Shown one piece after another: positions 1-8,671 of a stretch of 36,662 bases of DNA (within the stretch, counting starts at the first letter, position 1; each line of letters starts with the position of its first letter). Under the pieces are notes generated by a model that made no database searches, was not told the DNA's origin, and was given only the letters and a program-made list of their open reading frames with translations. The stretch is from Candidatus Krumholzibacteriota bacterium (GTDB taxonomy: Bacteria; Krumholzibacteriota; Krumholzibacteriia; LZORAL124-64-63): NCBI GenBank assembly GCA_039714075.1, contig JBDLKA010000026.1:1-36662 (forward strand), in the 5' to 3' direction. Position numbers and translations under genes: made by a program.

Positions 1-146
1 CAAGCGGGCCGGATACATGGAGGCCCCAAAACGTCCTCGTACCTGCGGATTGTTTTGGGGCCTCCATGTATCCGGCCCGCTTGTTTTCAGAAGACCACTT
101 GGCGAGAAAGGGGGGAACTTCTACCCGGTGTATGCATATCACGTCC

Positions 147-1361
147 ATGAAAAGCCTGCTTCTCCTTCTTGTCTTTCTCCTTTTCGAAACCCTGCCGGCC
201 TTCGGGGCGACGCTGATCGTACGTCGGTGGCACGGTAACTGGTGGAAACACCGGTGGATCCGGCTGGTGATCTGGGTCTTCCCGGTCGCAGGCATATCCA
301 GCGTTGGGTTGATTATCGTGGCCCGGATGACGGGCGCGGACTCGGCAGTCATACCTCTTGGACTGTTGGTGTTTTCTTTGGCTATGGCGCAGATTGCCGG
401 ATTAGCGGCGTTGTCGGTGTCCACATTCCTGATGCAGAAACCCTTGGGGACCCACGCGAAGCCGATCCAGGACAACCAGGTTGAATCTCCCCGGCGACGC
501 CGTTTCCTGCAGGCGGTGGCGGCATCCCTGCCGGTCGCAGCGGTCGGGACCAGCTTGGCGGGAGTGGCGAACACCGCGGGCTCCACCCGAGTCGAAAAAA
601 GAACCCTGACGTTTCCCGGATTACCGGCGGGGCTTTGTGGACTGAGATTGCTGCATCTGACCGACATCCACCTCGGCGGACACATGACCCTGGACAAGTT
701 GGACAAAACCCTTACTGCGGCCGGCCGGTTGCAGCCTCATCTGGTTGTCGTGACCGGCGATATCGCCGACGACTTGCGTTTATTGCCCGCGGCCCTGGAA
801 ATGATTGCCGGCCTGGGCGCCCCCCTGGGCGTCTTCGCCACTCTGGGCAATCATGAGTATGGCGTCGGCGTGTCTGAAGTGCGAAAGATCCTGGGCTCGT
901 CACCGGTGAGACTGCTCTTCAACGAGGGAACCGATCTGGTCTGGGCCGGTGAACGATTCCACCTGGCGGGTATTGACGATTCGGCGGGGGGCCTGATCCG
1001 TAATCATCGTCTCTCCTATCTTGAGGAATCAGTGGCCGCGTCCCTGGCAGGTCGGGACGGGCAGCTGTTCACCATTCTGTTGAGTCATCGTTCCGACGCC
1101 TTCGACTTCGCGGCGCAGCGCGGCGTCGACCTGACCCTGGCAGGGCACACCCACGGCGGGCAACTGGGACTGGCTGGGAAGTCAGCCCTTTCCCTGACCC
1201 GGCTCATCCGGTACCCGTGGGGACTTTACCAAATCGGAAAATGCCGGCTGTATACTTCCTCGGGGGCTGGGGAATGGCTGCCGTTTCGCCTGGGGTGTCC
1301 GTCCGAGGCTCCGGTATTTGAATTGACAAGCGGACCTGTGGGCGACGCCAGTGTGGTATAG
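147..1361 (+). CDS. Membrane-anchored calcineurin-like metallophosphoesterase (YkuE/YaeI-like)
   Basis: Motifs DIHLG, GDIAD, GNHE, SH, GHTHGGQ. N-terminal hydrophobic helices and an internal RRRRFL motif. Start set at ATG 147 (MKSLLL); the ORF is open from 66. Confidence 0.88.
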   Translation: MKSLLLLLVFLLFETLPAFGATLIVRRWHGNWWKHRWIRLVIWVFPVAGISSVGLIIVARMTGADSAVIPLGLLVFSLAMAQIAGLAALSVSTFLMQKPLGTHAKPIQDNQVESPRRRRFLQAVAASLPVAAVGTSLAGVANTAGSTRVEKRTLTFPGLPAGLCGLRLLHLTDIHLGGHMTLDKLDKTLTAAGRLQPHLVVVTGDIADDLRLLPAALEMIAGLGAPLGVFATLGNHEYGVGVSEVRKILGSSPVRLLFNEGTDLVWAGERFHLAGIDDSAGGLIRNHRLSYLEESVAASLAGRDGQLFTILLSHRSDAFDFAAQRGVDLTLAGHTHGGQLGLAGKSALSLTRLIRYPWGLYQIGKCRLYTSSGAGEWLPFRLGCPSEAPVFELTSGPVGDASVV

Positions 1362-1520
1362 GTTGTGCCTCTGAAATTGTGTTTGGCCGCAAGAACACGT
1401 AAAACATCAAAAAGAGGTGTCCCCGGGGACACCTCTTTTTACCATATTGTTATCCTTACAAGAAAATTTCAGCTTTCCCGGCCTCTACCCGGCCCCGGAC
1501 ACAATTTCAGAGGCACAACC
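1361..1520. mobile_element. MITE (non-autonomous IS derivative), 160 bp
   Basis: Perfect 22-bp terminal inverted repeats GGTTGTGCCTCTGAAATTGTGT (1361-1382, 1499-1520) flanked by a 9-bp direct repeat TGTGGTATA (1352-1360, 1521-1529). No transposase inside. Confidence 0.88.
1409..1440. terminator. Perfect 32-bp palindrome, probable bidirectional intrinsic terminator, inside the MITE
   Basis: AAAAAGAGGTGTCCCC|GGGGACACCTCTTTTT: GC stem with A5/T5 tails. Confidence 0.65.
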
Positions 1521-1569
1521 TGTGGTATATTCATCTCAAACGATATCCTAGCTCTGATCGGAGATTTCC

Positions 1570-2475
1570 ATGCCACGGCCGTTGCACGCAGTCATGATGG
1601 TTTGTCTAGCTGCCCTCGCTCAATCCAATCTTTCCGTGTCTGGCCCAACCTCACCGCTGGAAAAATACGGCTCAGGTGGTGAAGACGAAACGAATGCCTT
1701 TATACAGAGCCATGATCAATTGGCTGCTGTCGAACAGTCATTTATCGAAGGTAAGACTATTGATCTCGAAACCTATGAAAAGCTGGTGGATGACATTGAC
1801 AAAACCTGGCTTGAAAAAAACACGGTGTATCATGCCTACTTGATGCGTGATGCCTGCGGGCCGCTGAGTTCTGGCACCTTCAAAGATCCTCGGCAATATG
1901 AACTGGCAAGAAAATATGCACTCTCTGCTCTTGCGATGCCTGACAAGATCCCTGTAATCCTGGAATTGGAATTGATAGGTCATGTAATGACAGTGACGAT
2001 CGGCCCGGATGCTCCAAGAGGAGAACATTTCGCAAAGCGAAGAAAGAATGATGTTGCAGTACGGCTTCATGCTTGGAAGCGGTTGTTGGATGCCATTGAT
2101 CCAAACTGGGATCCTGATGAGTTCTTATGGAGTAAATTTGTTGCGCCACCAGCATCCACGGGCCTTCCGGCTGGAGTTGCGCCTGAAGCCATACAGGATG
2201 CCGATCTGCGAAAGGAGTATGAGGCTGCGATACAACACAATCGGCAGATGGCCGATCATCACATGGAGCAGCGTAAATTGAGCAAGTGGCTAAAGAGGTT
2301 TCCGAGACGGTGTGAGGAAAAAATCATTCTGGCATATTCTCAACCGCCCTTCAAAGTCGGGGAACTGGAAATTTTACTTAATGACTTTCTACCCGATAAG
2401 AATACAAGGCTTCGAATAGTGGACACGGTGGAAAAAAACATAAGAGAGGGAAAAGAGTTAGCCCCCCAATACTGA
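1570..2475 (+). CDS. Hypothetical protein, probably exported, AT-richer than its neighbours
   Basis: 301-aa ORF with GGAGA upstream and a signal-peptide-like N-terminus. 23/60 GC at 2401-2460 versus 38/60 at 2521-2580. Confidence 0.75.
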   Translation: MPRPLHAVMMVCLAALAQSNLSVSGPTSPLEKYGSGGEDETNAFIQSHDQLAAVEQSFIEGKTIDLETYEKLVDDIDKTWLEKNTVYHAYLMRDACGPLSSGTFKDPRQYELARKYALSALAMPDKIPVILELELIGHVMTVTIGPDAPRGEHFAKRRKNDVAVRLHAWKRLLDAIDPNWDPDEFLWSKFVAPPASTGLPAGVAPEAIQDADLRKEYEAAIQHNRQMADHHMEQRKLSKWLKRFPRRCEEKIILAYSQPPFKVGELEILLNDFLPDKNTRLRIVDTVEKNIREGKELAPQY

Positions 2476-2489
2476 TTCTGCCCAGGCGA

Positions 2490-3128
2490 TCAGAACCAGG
2501 CACGCACCAGGGTGAAGAGGCCGACCGCGATCAGGAGAAAGCCCATGGCCTTCATCAGGAGTTCGTGGGCACTGGGGCGAAAACGGGCACGGAAGGCGCC
2601 CAGGAGTTTCAGCAGGACGGTGAACCAGCCCATGATGCCGGCCGCGACGGCCACGGAGAATATCCACGGGGGACCGGCCACCGGATCGAAACCCAGGGAA
2701 ACCGCGACGGTGATCATGGCCAGCCAGGTAAACGGAATCGAGATGTTGCCCGCCACCAGGACAAATCCCAGCCAGAATTCACGCAAGAGAGTGTCGGGGG
2801 TGTCCAACTCCTTGACCGAATCGTCATCAGGCGTGGGCAGGGAGTTGCGGCTCCGCAGGAAATAGATCCCCAGGGCCAGCAGGATGATGCCCCCGACCGA
2901 TTTGGCAACCCCCTCCAGGTTGGGCCAGCGGGACAGGATCTGTTCGGCGCCCACGACGGCGATCAGGCACCAAGCCGCCTCGGCCACCGCGGCTCCGGAC
3001 GCCAGGACCAGCCCGCGGCGGAAGTGTCCGGCCAGGCCCCGCTGGAATACGAAGATGGAAACAGCCCCCGCCAGCGGCATCGAGCCCACCCAGCCCATGA
3101 CAAAGCCCACGGCCACCGATTCGATCAT
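2490..3128 (-). CDS. LysE/RhtB-family translocator
   Basis: 212 aa, about 6 hydrophobic helices, N-terminal GSMPLAGAV and GLVLASGAAVAE pattern. Overlaps the upstream stop (ATGA). Confidence 0.8.
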   Translation of the reverse strand: MIESVAVGFVMGWVGSMPLAGAVSIFVFQRGLAGHFRRGLVLASGAAVAEAAWCLIAVVGAEQILSRWPNLEGVAKSVGGIILLALGIYFLRSRNSLPTPDDDSVKELDTPDTLLREFWLGFVLVAGNISIPFTWLAMITVAVSLGFDPVAGPPWIFSVAVAAGIMGWFTVLLKLLGAFRARFRPSAHELLMKAMGFLLIAVGLFTLVRAWF

Positions 3129-3847
3129 GACCCGGAGAACTCGCGGCGAGCGTGGTCCAGATCCTCGATCGTATCGATTTCCATGCAGCGCAGACCCGCC
3201 AGGTCCACGGGCAGGATCTCGGATCCGTTTTGGATCAACTCCACGAAAGAGGCTTCGTAGTATTCGTTGATCCGGTTTTCGACCTTCATCCTCCGGTCCA
3301 GAACCCCGGCCAGGGCCGTCACCGTCGGAGCCGAAAACACCTCCAGTCCCACCGATTCTCCCGCCGCGGCGGCGGGCGGCATTTCCTTGCTCAGGTCGGC
3401 CACCCGGCCGGCGGGATCCAGGCGGACCTTCATTTCCTCGTCCCCCACTCCGCCGGTGGTGCGCAGGCCCAGGCGGTTGGCGGTCCCGCCGTCCAGGATC
3501 CGGTCGATGACTTCCGGTTCGAAAACGATGTCGCTGTCGAGCAGGAAAACGGGCTCGTCGCCTGCCAGCGCGTCACAGGCCAGCATCAGGGACCAGGCGT
3601 TGTTGGTGGTGGTGAAGTCCTCGTTGCGGACGAAGGTGAAATCCAGGCCGGGGAAGCCCGTGGTCAGGGCCTCGCGGATCAGGTCCCCCCGGAAGCCGTC
3701 GACCACGGTAAACCGCTTCAAGCCTCGGGAGGCCAGGATCCTGATCGCTCGGGCCAGGATGGTTTCGGGGCCCACGGGCAGCAGGCATTTGGGGCAATTA
3801 TCGGTCAACGGACGCAGCCGGGTCGCCTGCCCGGCCGCCAGCAGCAC
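3125..3847 (-). CDS. NTP transferase, phosphocholine/sugar-phosphate cytidylyltransferase family
   Basis: LLAAGQATRLRPLT..PKCLL, TNNAWSL, LDSDIVF, EEMKV, EIDTIEDL. The true start may be ATC at 3856 (see findings). Confidence 0.85.
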   Translation of the reverse strand: MLLAAGQATRLRPLTDNCPKCLLPVGPETILARAIRILASRGLKRFTVVDGFRGDLIREALTTGFPGLDFTFVRNEDFTTTNNAWSLMLACDALAGDEPVFLLDSDIVFEPEVIDRILDGGTANRLGLRTTGGVGDEEMKVRLDPAGRVADLSKEMPPAAAAGESVGLEVFSAPTVTALAGVLDRRMKVENRINEYYEASFVELIQNGSEILPVDLAGLRCMEIDTIEDLDHARREFSGS

Positions 3848-3857
3848 GGCTCTGATC

Positions 3858-4760
3858 TCAGGCCCCTTTCGTCAACCGGGAGGCCAGCTGATGATCGATC
3901 ATCGCGCGGGCCGTCAGGACGATCGCACCCCAACCGGTGCCGAAAAGCAGGGCGAACCACAGGTACCATTCCAACCTGTTGAAGACCCCGGCCATCATGA
4001 TCAGGAAAAGGTGCATGGTCGGTCCCATCAGGGCGGCCATGGTCAGGATGGGTTTCCGGGCGTGCATCCAATCCTCGAGGGGAACCTGATCACGGTCGAC
4101 GATCTTGCGGTGGGCCGGTCCGGAATACCAGAACTTGGCGTAACCCGAATAGATGGCTACCAGGGCGCGCTCCGGACGATGCGACCTTTCCGCCTTCCAG
4201 ATGGCGGTCTGCTTCCCGAGCTCGGCTAATTCGACCGCCGGATCGCGCCGCTTACCGTAAACCCGATCCAACCACTCGTTGCGGATGCGGTCCAACATGG
4301 CGGACCACCAGGCGACGCTGAAACTGGCGGGAATCCCGATGGCCATGATGTACATCGGCCGGCCGGTAAGAACCGCCATGCCGTGGAGCACTCCGATGGC
4401 CATGGCAATCTGAACCACGTAATCGACGAACCCATCCAGCACGTACCCCACGATGGATCCGGTGCCGCGGATGCGGGCGAGCATTCCGTCGACACAATCG
4501 AGAACATTGGTCGTGAAAAGGAGAAGGGAACCGGCAATAAAATATTCCGGCGTGCCTTGCCAGAAGCACCAGGCAGAGGCCAAGCCCGGCAGGAAACTGA
4601 ACAGCGTGACGTGGTTGGGAGTGATCGGGGTCGGTTGGATCCATTTGACGATGACAAAAGCCACCGGCCGGAACAGAACCAGGTCCAGGAACTCCTCCAG
4701 TTCCGGAGCCTTCAGCATGGAGCGGTATTCCTGGACGAGGTTGCCCAGCCTGTTGCTCAC
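3858..4760 (-). CDS. CDP-alcohol phosphotransferase family membrane protein
   Basis: ITPNHVT plus the signature DCVDGMLAR...GYVLDGFVD (DxxDGxxAR...GxxxDxxxD). Multiple TM helices. Confidence 0.9.
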   Translation of the reverse strand: MSNRLGNLVQEYRSMLKAPELEEFLDLVLFRPVAFVIVKWIQPTPITPNHVTLFSFLPGLASAWCFWQGTPEYFIAGSLLLFTTNVLDCVDGMLARIRGTGSIVGYVLDGFVDYVVQIAMAIGVLHGMAVLTGRPMYIMAIGIPASFSVAWWSAMLDRIRNEWLDRVYGKRRDPAVELAELGKQTAIWKAERSHRPERALVAIYSGYAKFWYSGPAHRKIVDRDQVPLEDWMHARKPILTMAALMGPTMHLFLIMMAGVFNRLEWYLWFALLFGTGWGAIVLTARAMIDHQLASRLTKGA

Positions 4761-5833
4761 GCCACCTCACCGCCGGAAGCCTCTTCGGCCTCAAGAGCGG
4801 GCCAGGCCCGGAGAATGGCATCCATGAGGGCGGCGTTTTCTTCTTCGGTGCCCAGACTGATACGGGCGTAACCGATGAAGGCCGGCTCGGTGAAGAATTT
4901 CACGATCAAGCCCTGGGCGACCAGTTCTTCCTTGAGCCCGGGAATGATATGGTGCGGGAACTTGACCAGGATGAAGTTGGCGTCGGATTCGAAAACCTCG
5001 CAGCCCTGGTAGGCACTGAAAAAATCATAGAATTTTTGGCGGTCCGAAGCCATGCGCTCGGCAATATCCAGGTAGTATTCGGGGCTGTCGAGGGCGGCCA
5101 GGGCAACCTTCTCGGAAAGGCGGTTGTAACCCAAATTGCGGGCGCAGAACTTCCGGAATCCGTCCAGCCCCTCCCCGATGACGCCGTAACCAACCCGCAC
5201 CCCGGCGAGGGCGAACAGCTTGCTGAACGTGCGCAGGATCAACAGGTTCGGGAATTGGTCGGTCAGGGGGCCGAAATCATCGGTCTGGCCGGGGATCAAC
5301 CCGAAATAGGCCTGGTCCAGAACCACCGGACGGTCATGATAGACGGCCAGGATCCGCAAAAGATCTTCCCGGGAGAGCGAATTGCCCGTGGGGTTGTTGG
5401 GCGAGGCGATCAGGACCATGCCCGGGTCGTGCTCCTCGCGCATGGCGATCAGGGCATCGACATCGAATTCGTAGGTATTGGTTTTCTCCACCAGGGGAAA
5501 CTGGACGGTGACCCCGCCCACTTCGTCGGCGATGGCCGTGTAGTACCACCAGGAGGCCGAGGGGATGAGAATCCGGCGGCCCTTTTTCAGGAAATAGTGG
5601 ACGGCTTCCTTGAGGATGTCCTCGCAGCCATACCCCAGAATGATCCGCTTTTCCTCGACCCCGTGGATTTCGCCGACCCGGACCGAAAGATCGCTGTAAT
5701 TGCCCTGCTGAAAAGCCCGTGTGTAGTTGAAAAGCAGTTCGGGATCCGCCTGGTGCAGGACCTCGAGACAGGCGGGAGCGGGGCCGTAACGATTCTCGTT
5801 GCGGTCGAACAGAATGGGGTTGCTGTTGGCCAT
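4757..5833 (-). CDS. PLP-dependent class I/II aminotransferase/decarboxylase (HisC/CobD-like)
   Basis: DRNEN, SPNNPTG, LDQAY, RTFSKLFALAGVRVGY (PLP lysine), ARISLG. Confidence 0.88.
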   Translation of the reverse strand: MANSNPILFDRNENRYGPAPACLEVLHQADPELLFNYTRAFQQGNYSDLSVRVGEIHGVEEKRIILGYGCEDILKEAVHYFLKKGRRILIPSASWWYYTAIADEVGGVTVQFPLVEKTNTYEFDVDALIAMREEHDPGMVLIASPNNPTGNSLSREDLLRILAVYHDRPVVLDQAYFGLIPGQTDDFGPLTDQFPNLLILRTFSKLFALAGVRVGYGVIGEGLDGFRKFCARNLGYNRLSEKVALAALDSPEYYLDIAERMASDRQKFYDFFSAYQGCEVFESDANFILVKFPHHIIPGLKEELVAQGLIVKFFTEPAFIGYARISLGTEEENAALMDAILRAWPALEAEEASGGEVA

Positions 5834-6126
5834 GAAAAACCTCGTCGAATGACCCGTTCAGAACTGGCAATGCCTGATCAGGTACTTGCTGGTGGCGGGA
5901 ACTGAATCAAAAAAACGGATCAGCGTCAGCCGGCTCCGAAAATTCCCAGTCAAATCCTGGCATCAATGTAACGGGACAGGTTTCCCAAAGACAACCAAAA
6001 CCTTACAATCTCAAATATCCATTGTTTCGAATATTTGAATACTTTATGACCGGGAAACGGTTACAAGCATCGTTACTGGCATCCGGGGGATATGTGAATT
6101 AGAATTCGCCCCATAGCCCACTCCCC

Positions 6127-6165
6127 CCAAGTGCCACGCCAACCAAGTGCCACGCTAACCAAGTG
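6127..6165 (+). repeat. 16-bp tandem repeat (about 2.4 copies) just upstream of queF
   Basis: CCAAGTGCCACGCCAA / CCAAGTGCCACGCTAA / CCAAGTG. Confidence 0.8.
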
Positions 6166-6178
6166 AAAAGGGATGCTC

Positions 6179-6550
6179 ATGGCCACCAAGCCTTCAAAAA
6201 TCCTCGAGAGTTTCGACAATCCCAACCCCGAACGGGACTATGAAATTGAATTTGAGTGCCCCGAATTCACTTGCCTGTGCCCCCTGACCGGGCAACCGGA
6301 TTTCGCCAAGTTCCGCATCACCTACGTTCCCCACGAGAAATGCGTGGAACTGAAATCCCTGAAGCTTTACCTGTGGTCGTTCCGGAACGAAGGGGCCTTC
6401 CACGAGAAGGTGACCAACCGGATCCTGGACGACCTTGTCGCCGCGGTCCAACCAAGGCTGATGGATGTCACCGGGGAATGGTTCGTCCGCGGCGGGATCA
6501 CCACGAACATCACGGTCAGTCACGTGGACGAGGAATGGGACAACGCCTGA
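6179..6550 (+). CDS. queF: NADPH-dependent 7-cyano-7-deazaguanine (preQ0) reductase, unimodular QueF
   Basis: PEFTCLCPLTGQPDF, QueF motif VELKSLKLYLWSFR, FHE, RGGI. Alternative ATG at 6173. Confidence 0.95.
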   Translation: MATKPSKILESFDNPNPERDYEIEFECPEFTCLCPLTGQPDFAKFRITYVPHEKCVELKSLKLYLWSFRNEGAFHEKVTNRILDDLVAAVQPRLMDVTGEWFVRGGITTNITVSHVDEEWDNA

Positions 6551-6560
6551 TTCGGCCCGG

Positions 6561-7556
6561 TCAGTCGCCGACCACCGGAATCGGGATCGAGCAGCCGGGG
6601 CACCGGTTGCCCGCGGCCATCCTGCCGACGCCGCGATAGCCCGACCTTTCAACAACCATGGTTTCGCATTCGGGGCAGACGGTGTCCCGTCCCTCGCTCG
6701 TATGCGCGTTGCCCAGGTAGACGTACTTCAGTTTTTCCGCGGCAAGTTCCCGCGCTTTCAGCAGCGTGGCCAAAGGGGTCGGCGGAGCGTCGAACTTCCA
6801 GGCGGGGTGGTAGGCGGAAAAATGCAGGGGCGTATCGACGTCCAGTTCCGCGACGAAATCCACCACCTCGGCGATCTGGTCCTCCCGGTCGTTGTAGCCC
6901 GGAATAAGCAGGTTCGTAATTTCCAGATGCACCCCCGCGTCCTTGAACTGTCGGATCGACGTCAGGACCGGCGCGAGCCGGGCCTTGCAAATCTTGCGGT
7001 AGAACCGGTCGTCCATGGATTTCAGATCGATGTTCGCCGCATCGATCCAGGGCAGCAATTCGGCCAATGGTTCCGGATTCAGGAAGCCGTTGGTCACCAG
7101 GACGTTCTTCAGCCCCTTTTCCCGCACGATTTCGGCCGTATCCCGGACAAATTCGAACCAGACCAACGGCTCGCTGTAGGTAAAGGCGATGCCCACCGAC
7201 TCCTCGGCCTGGGCCATGGCCACCAGATCGGAGGGCGAAGCCTTCTGGGTCCTGGCCTCACCGTCCTGGCTTATATTCCAGTTTTGACAGAATTGGCAAT
7301 GCAGGTTGCATCCGGGGGCCGCCACCGACAGGATCGACCGGCCGGGATGAAAATGATACAGGGGTTTTTTCTCGATGGGATCGACCGCGGCCGAAACGAT
7401 GCGGCCGTAGTGGAGCGGGACCATGGTCCCGGCATGATTGGCCCGGGTGGCGCAGGGGCCGGTCTGCCCCTCGCGCAGACGGCAGTTTATCGGGCACAAA
7501 TCGCAGGCGACCTGTCCGTTGTCCAACGGGCGCCACCAGGCGGCGGTCTTGGTCAT
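6561..7556 (-). CDS. amrS: AmmeMemoRadiSam system radical SAM enzyme
   Basis: N-terminal CDLCPINC...C, DPIEKKPLYHFHPG, CNLHCQFCQNW (CxxxCxxC), FTYSEP, C-terminal CPEC...CPGC. Confidence 0.9.
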   Translation of the reverse strand: MTKTAAWWRPLDNGQVACDLCPINCRLREGQTGPCATRANHAGTMVPLHYGRIVSAAVDPIEKKPLYHFHPGRSILSVAAPGCNLHCQFCQNWNISQDGEARTQKASPSDLVAMAQAEESVGIAFTYSEPLVWFEFVRDTAEIVREKGLKNVLVTNGFLNPEPLAELLPWIDAANIDLKSMDDRFYRKICKARLAPVLTSIRQFKDAGVHLEITNLLIPGYNDREDQIAEVVDFVAELDVDTPLHFSAYHPAWKFDAPPTPLATLLKARELAAEKLKYVYLGNAHTSEGRDTVCPECETMVVERSGYRGVGRMAAGNRCPGCSIPIPVVGD

Positions 7557-7560
7557 GGCG

Positions 7561-8664
7561 TTACCCCCCGGCCAGGTTGTCCCTCACTACTGCGGCGTTG
7601 GCCCGCATCCCCTCGGGGTGGCAGCGCCACAGGGGGGTGCGGCGGAATCTCTCCTTGAATTCATCGTCGCCGAGAACCAGCAGATCCGCCAGTCCAATTT
7701 CGGCATGGGCCGGCAAAGGGGCATATTCCCCGCGCACGGGCACCGGGGCTGATGATTCAGCCGCCCGCTGGTTCCAGGGGCAGACGGCCTGGCAGATATC
7801 GCAGCCAAATAAAATGCCGCCCTGTTCGGAGCGACGTTCGGGCGGGGCCTTTCCCCGCCATTCGATGGTCCAGGTGGAAAGGCAGCTACCGGCGTCCAGT
7901 CCCCCGTCCGGCAAGATGGCCGCCGTGGGGCAGGCGTCGAGGCAACGCGTGCAGCTACCGCAATGGCTGGCGGCCACCCGGACCGGGGTCCGGCGCCGGC
8001 GCGCCTGCACCGCGTACAGGGGTTCGGCCGCGGGTTGACCAGCCGGAGGCAGACCCGTGACATCAAGGTTGGTGGGCGCCACGCCGAGGAACAGGCCCGA
8101 CCCCAGCTTTTCGTGGATCAGGCAGGTGTTCTTGCCCAGGAAACCCAGACCGGCCAGCCAGGCGTACTCCCGCTCCAGATAGGGTCCCGTATCGGTCGCC
8201 GGAAAAGCCGCCATGGCGGGCCAGACGGCGCTCAGACCCGCCACCACCTTTTTGATGTCCCGCAACAGGATGTCATGGTAATCCAGCCCGCGCGCGTAAC
8301 GGGACACGCGGTCGGCCCAGGGCGGGGTTCCGGCCTCGCCCGGAGGTCCGCCGGAGGCGGGCGCGGAATCGTCGGCAGGCCAGCCGGCGGTGTAGCGTTG
8401 GGCAAAAACCAGCAACGACCGGGCCCAGGGGTTGGCCACGGTGGGATCGAGCCGGCCCGCGGGATCCCCGGTCAGGTAATCCAGGCCGGCGTGGCGCCCC
8501 TCGGTAAGAAAGGACCACCACCTGGCTTCGTGGTGCATTGTGCAGGGCAGGGTTACGGCCCCGGCCAGATCGATCCGGTGTTCCGGGCACAGCCGGGACA
8601 AGTGTGCAGTCAGTTCCTCGGCGGTGACCCGTATCGGCTCGAAATTTCGCTCCAACCGGGCCAC
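7561..8664 (-). CDS. queG: tRNA epoxyqueuosine(34) reductase QueG
   Basis: SRYARGLDYH, DTGPYLERE.A..AGLGFLGKN, CGSCTRCLDACPT, CLSTWTIE, GCDICQAVCPWN. Confidence 0.92.
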   Translation of the reverse strand: MARLERNFEPIRVTAEELTAHLSRLCPEHRIDLAGAVTLPCTMHHEARWWSFLTEGRHAGLDYLTGDPAGRLDPTVANPWARSLLVFAQRYTAGWPADDSAPASGGPPGEAGTPPWADRVSRYARGLDYHDILLRDIKKVVAGLSAVWPAMAAFPATDTGPYLEREYAWLAGLGFLGKNTCLIHEKLGSGLFLGVAPTNLDVTGLPPAGQPAAEPLYAVQARRRRTPVRVAASHCGSCTRCLDACPTAAILPDGGLDAGSCLSTWTIEWRGKAPPERRSEQGGILFGCDICQAVCPWNQRAAESSAPVPVRGEYAPLPAHAEIGLADLLVLGDDEFKERFRRTPLWRCHPEGMRANAAVVRDNLAGG

Positions 8665-8671
8665 GCCAACC

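Noticed and set aside
4757..5833. Gene symbol hisC
   Set aside because: Fold-level similarity only; no his genes nearby and the context points elsewhere.
6127..6165. CRISPR-like repeat
   Set aside because: The units are 16 bp, directly adjacent with no spacers, and there are no cas genes.
6040..6172. preQ1 riboswitch upstream of queF
   Set aside because: No preQ1-I stem-loop with an A-rich tail and no preQ1-II pattern; only a tandem repeat is present.
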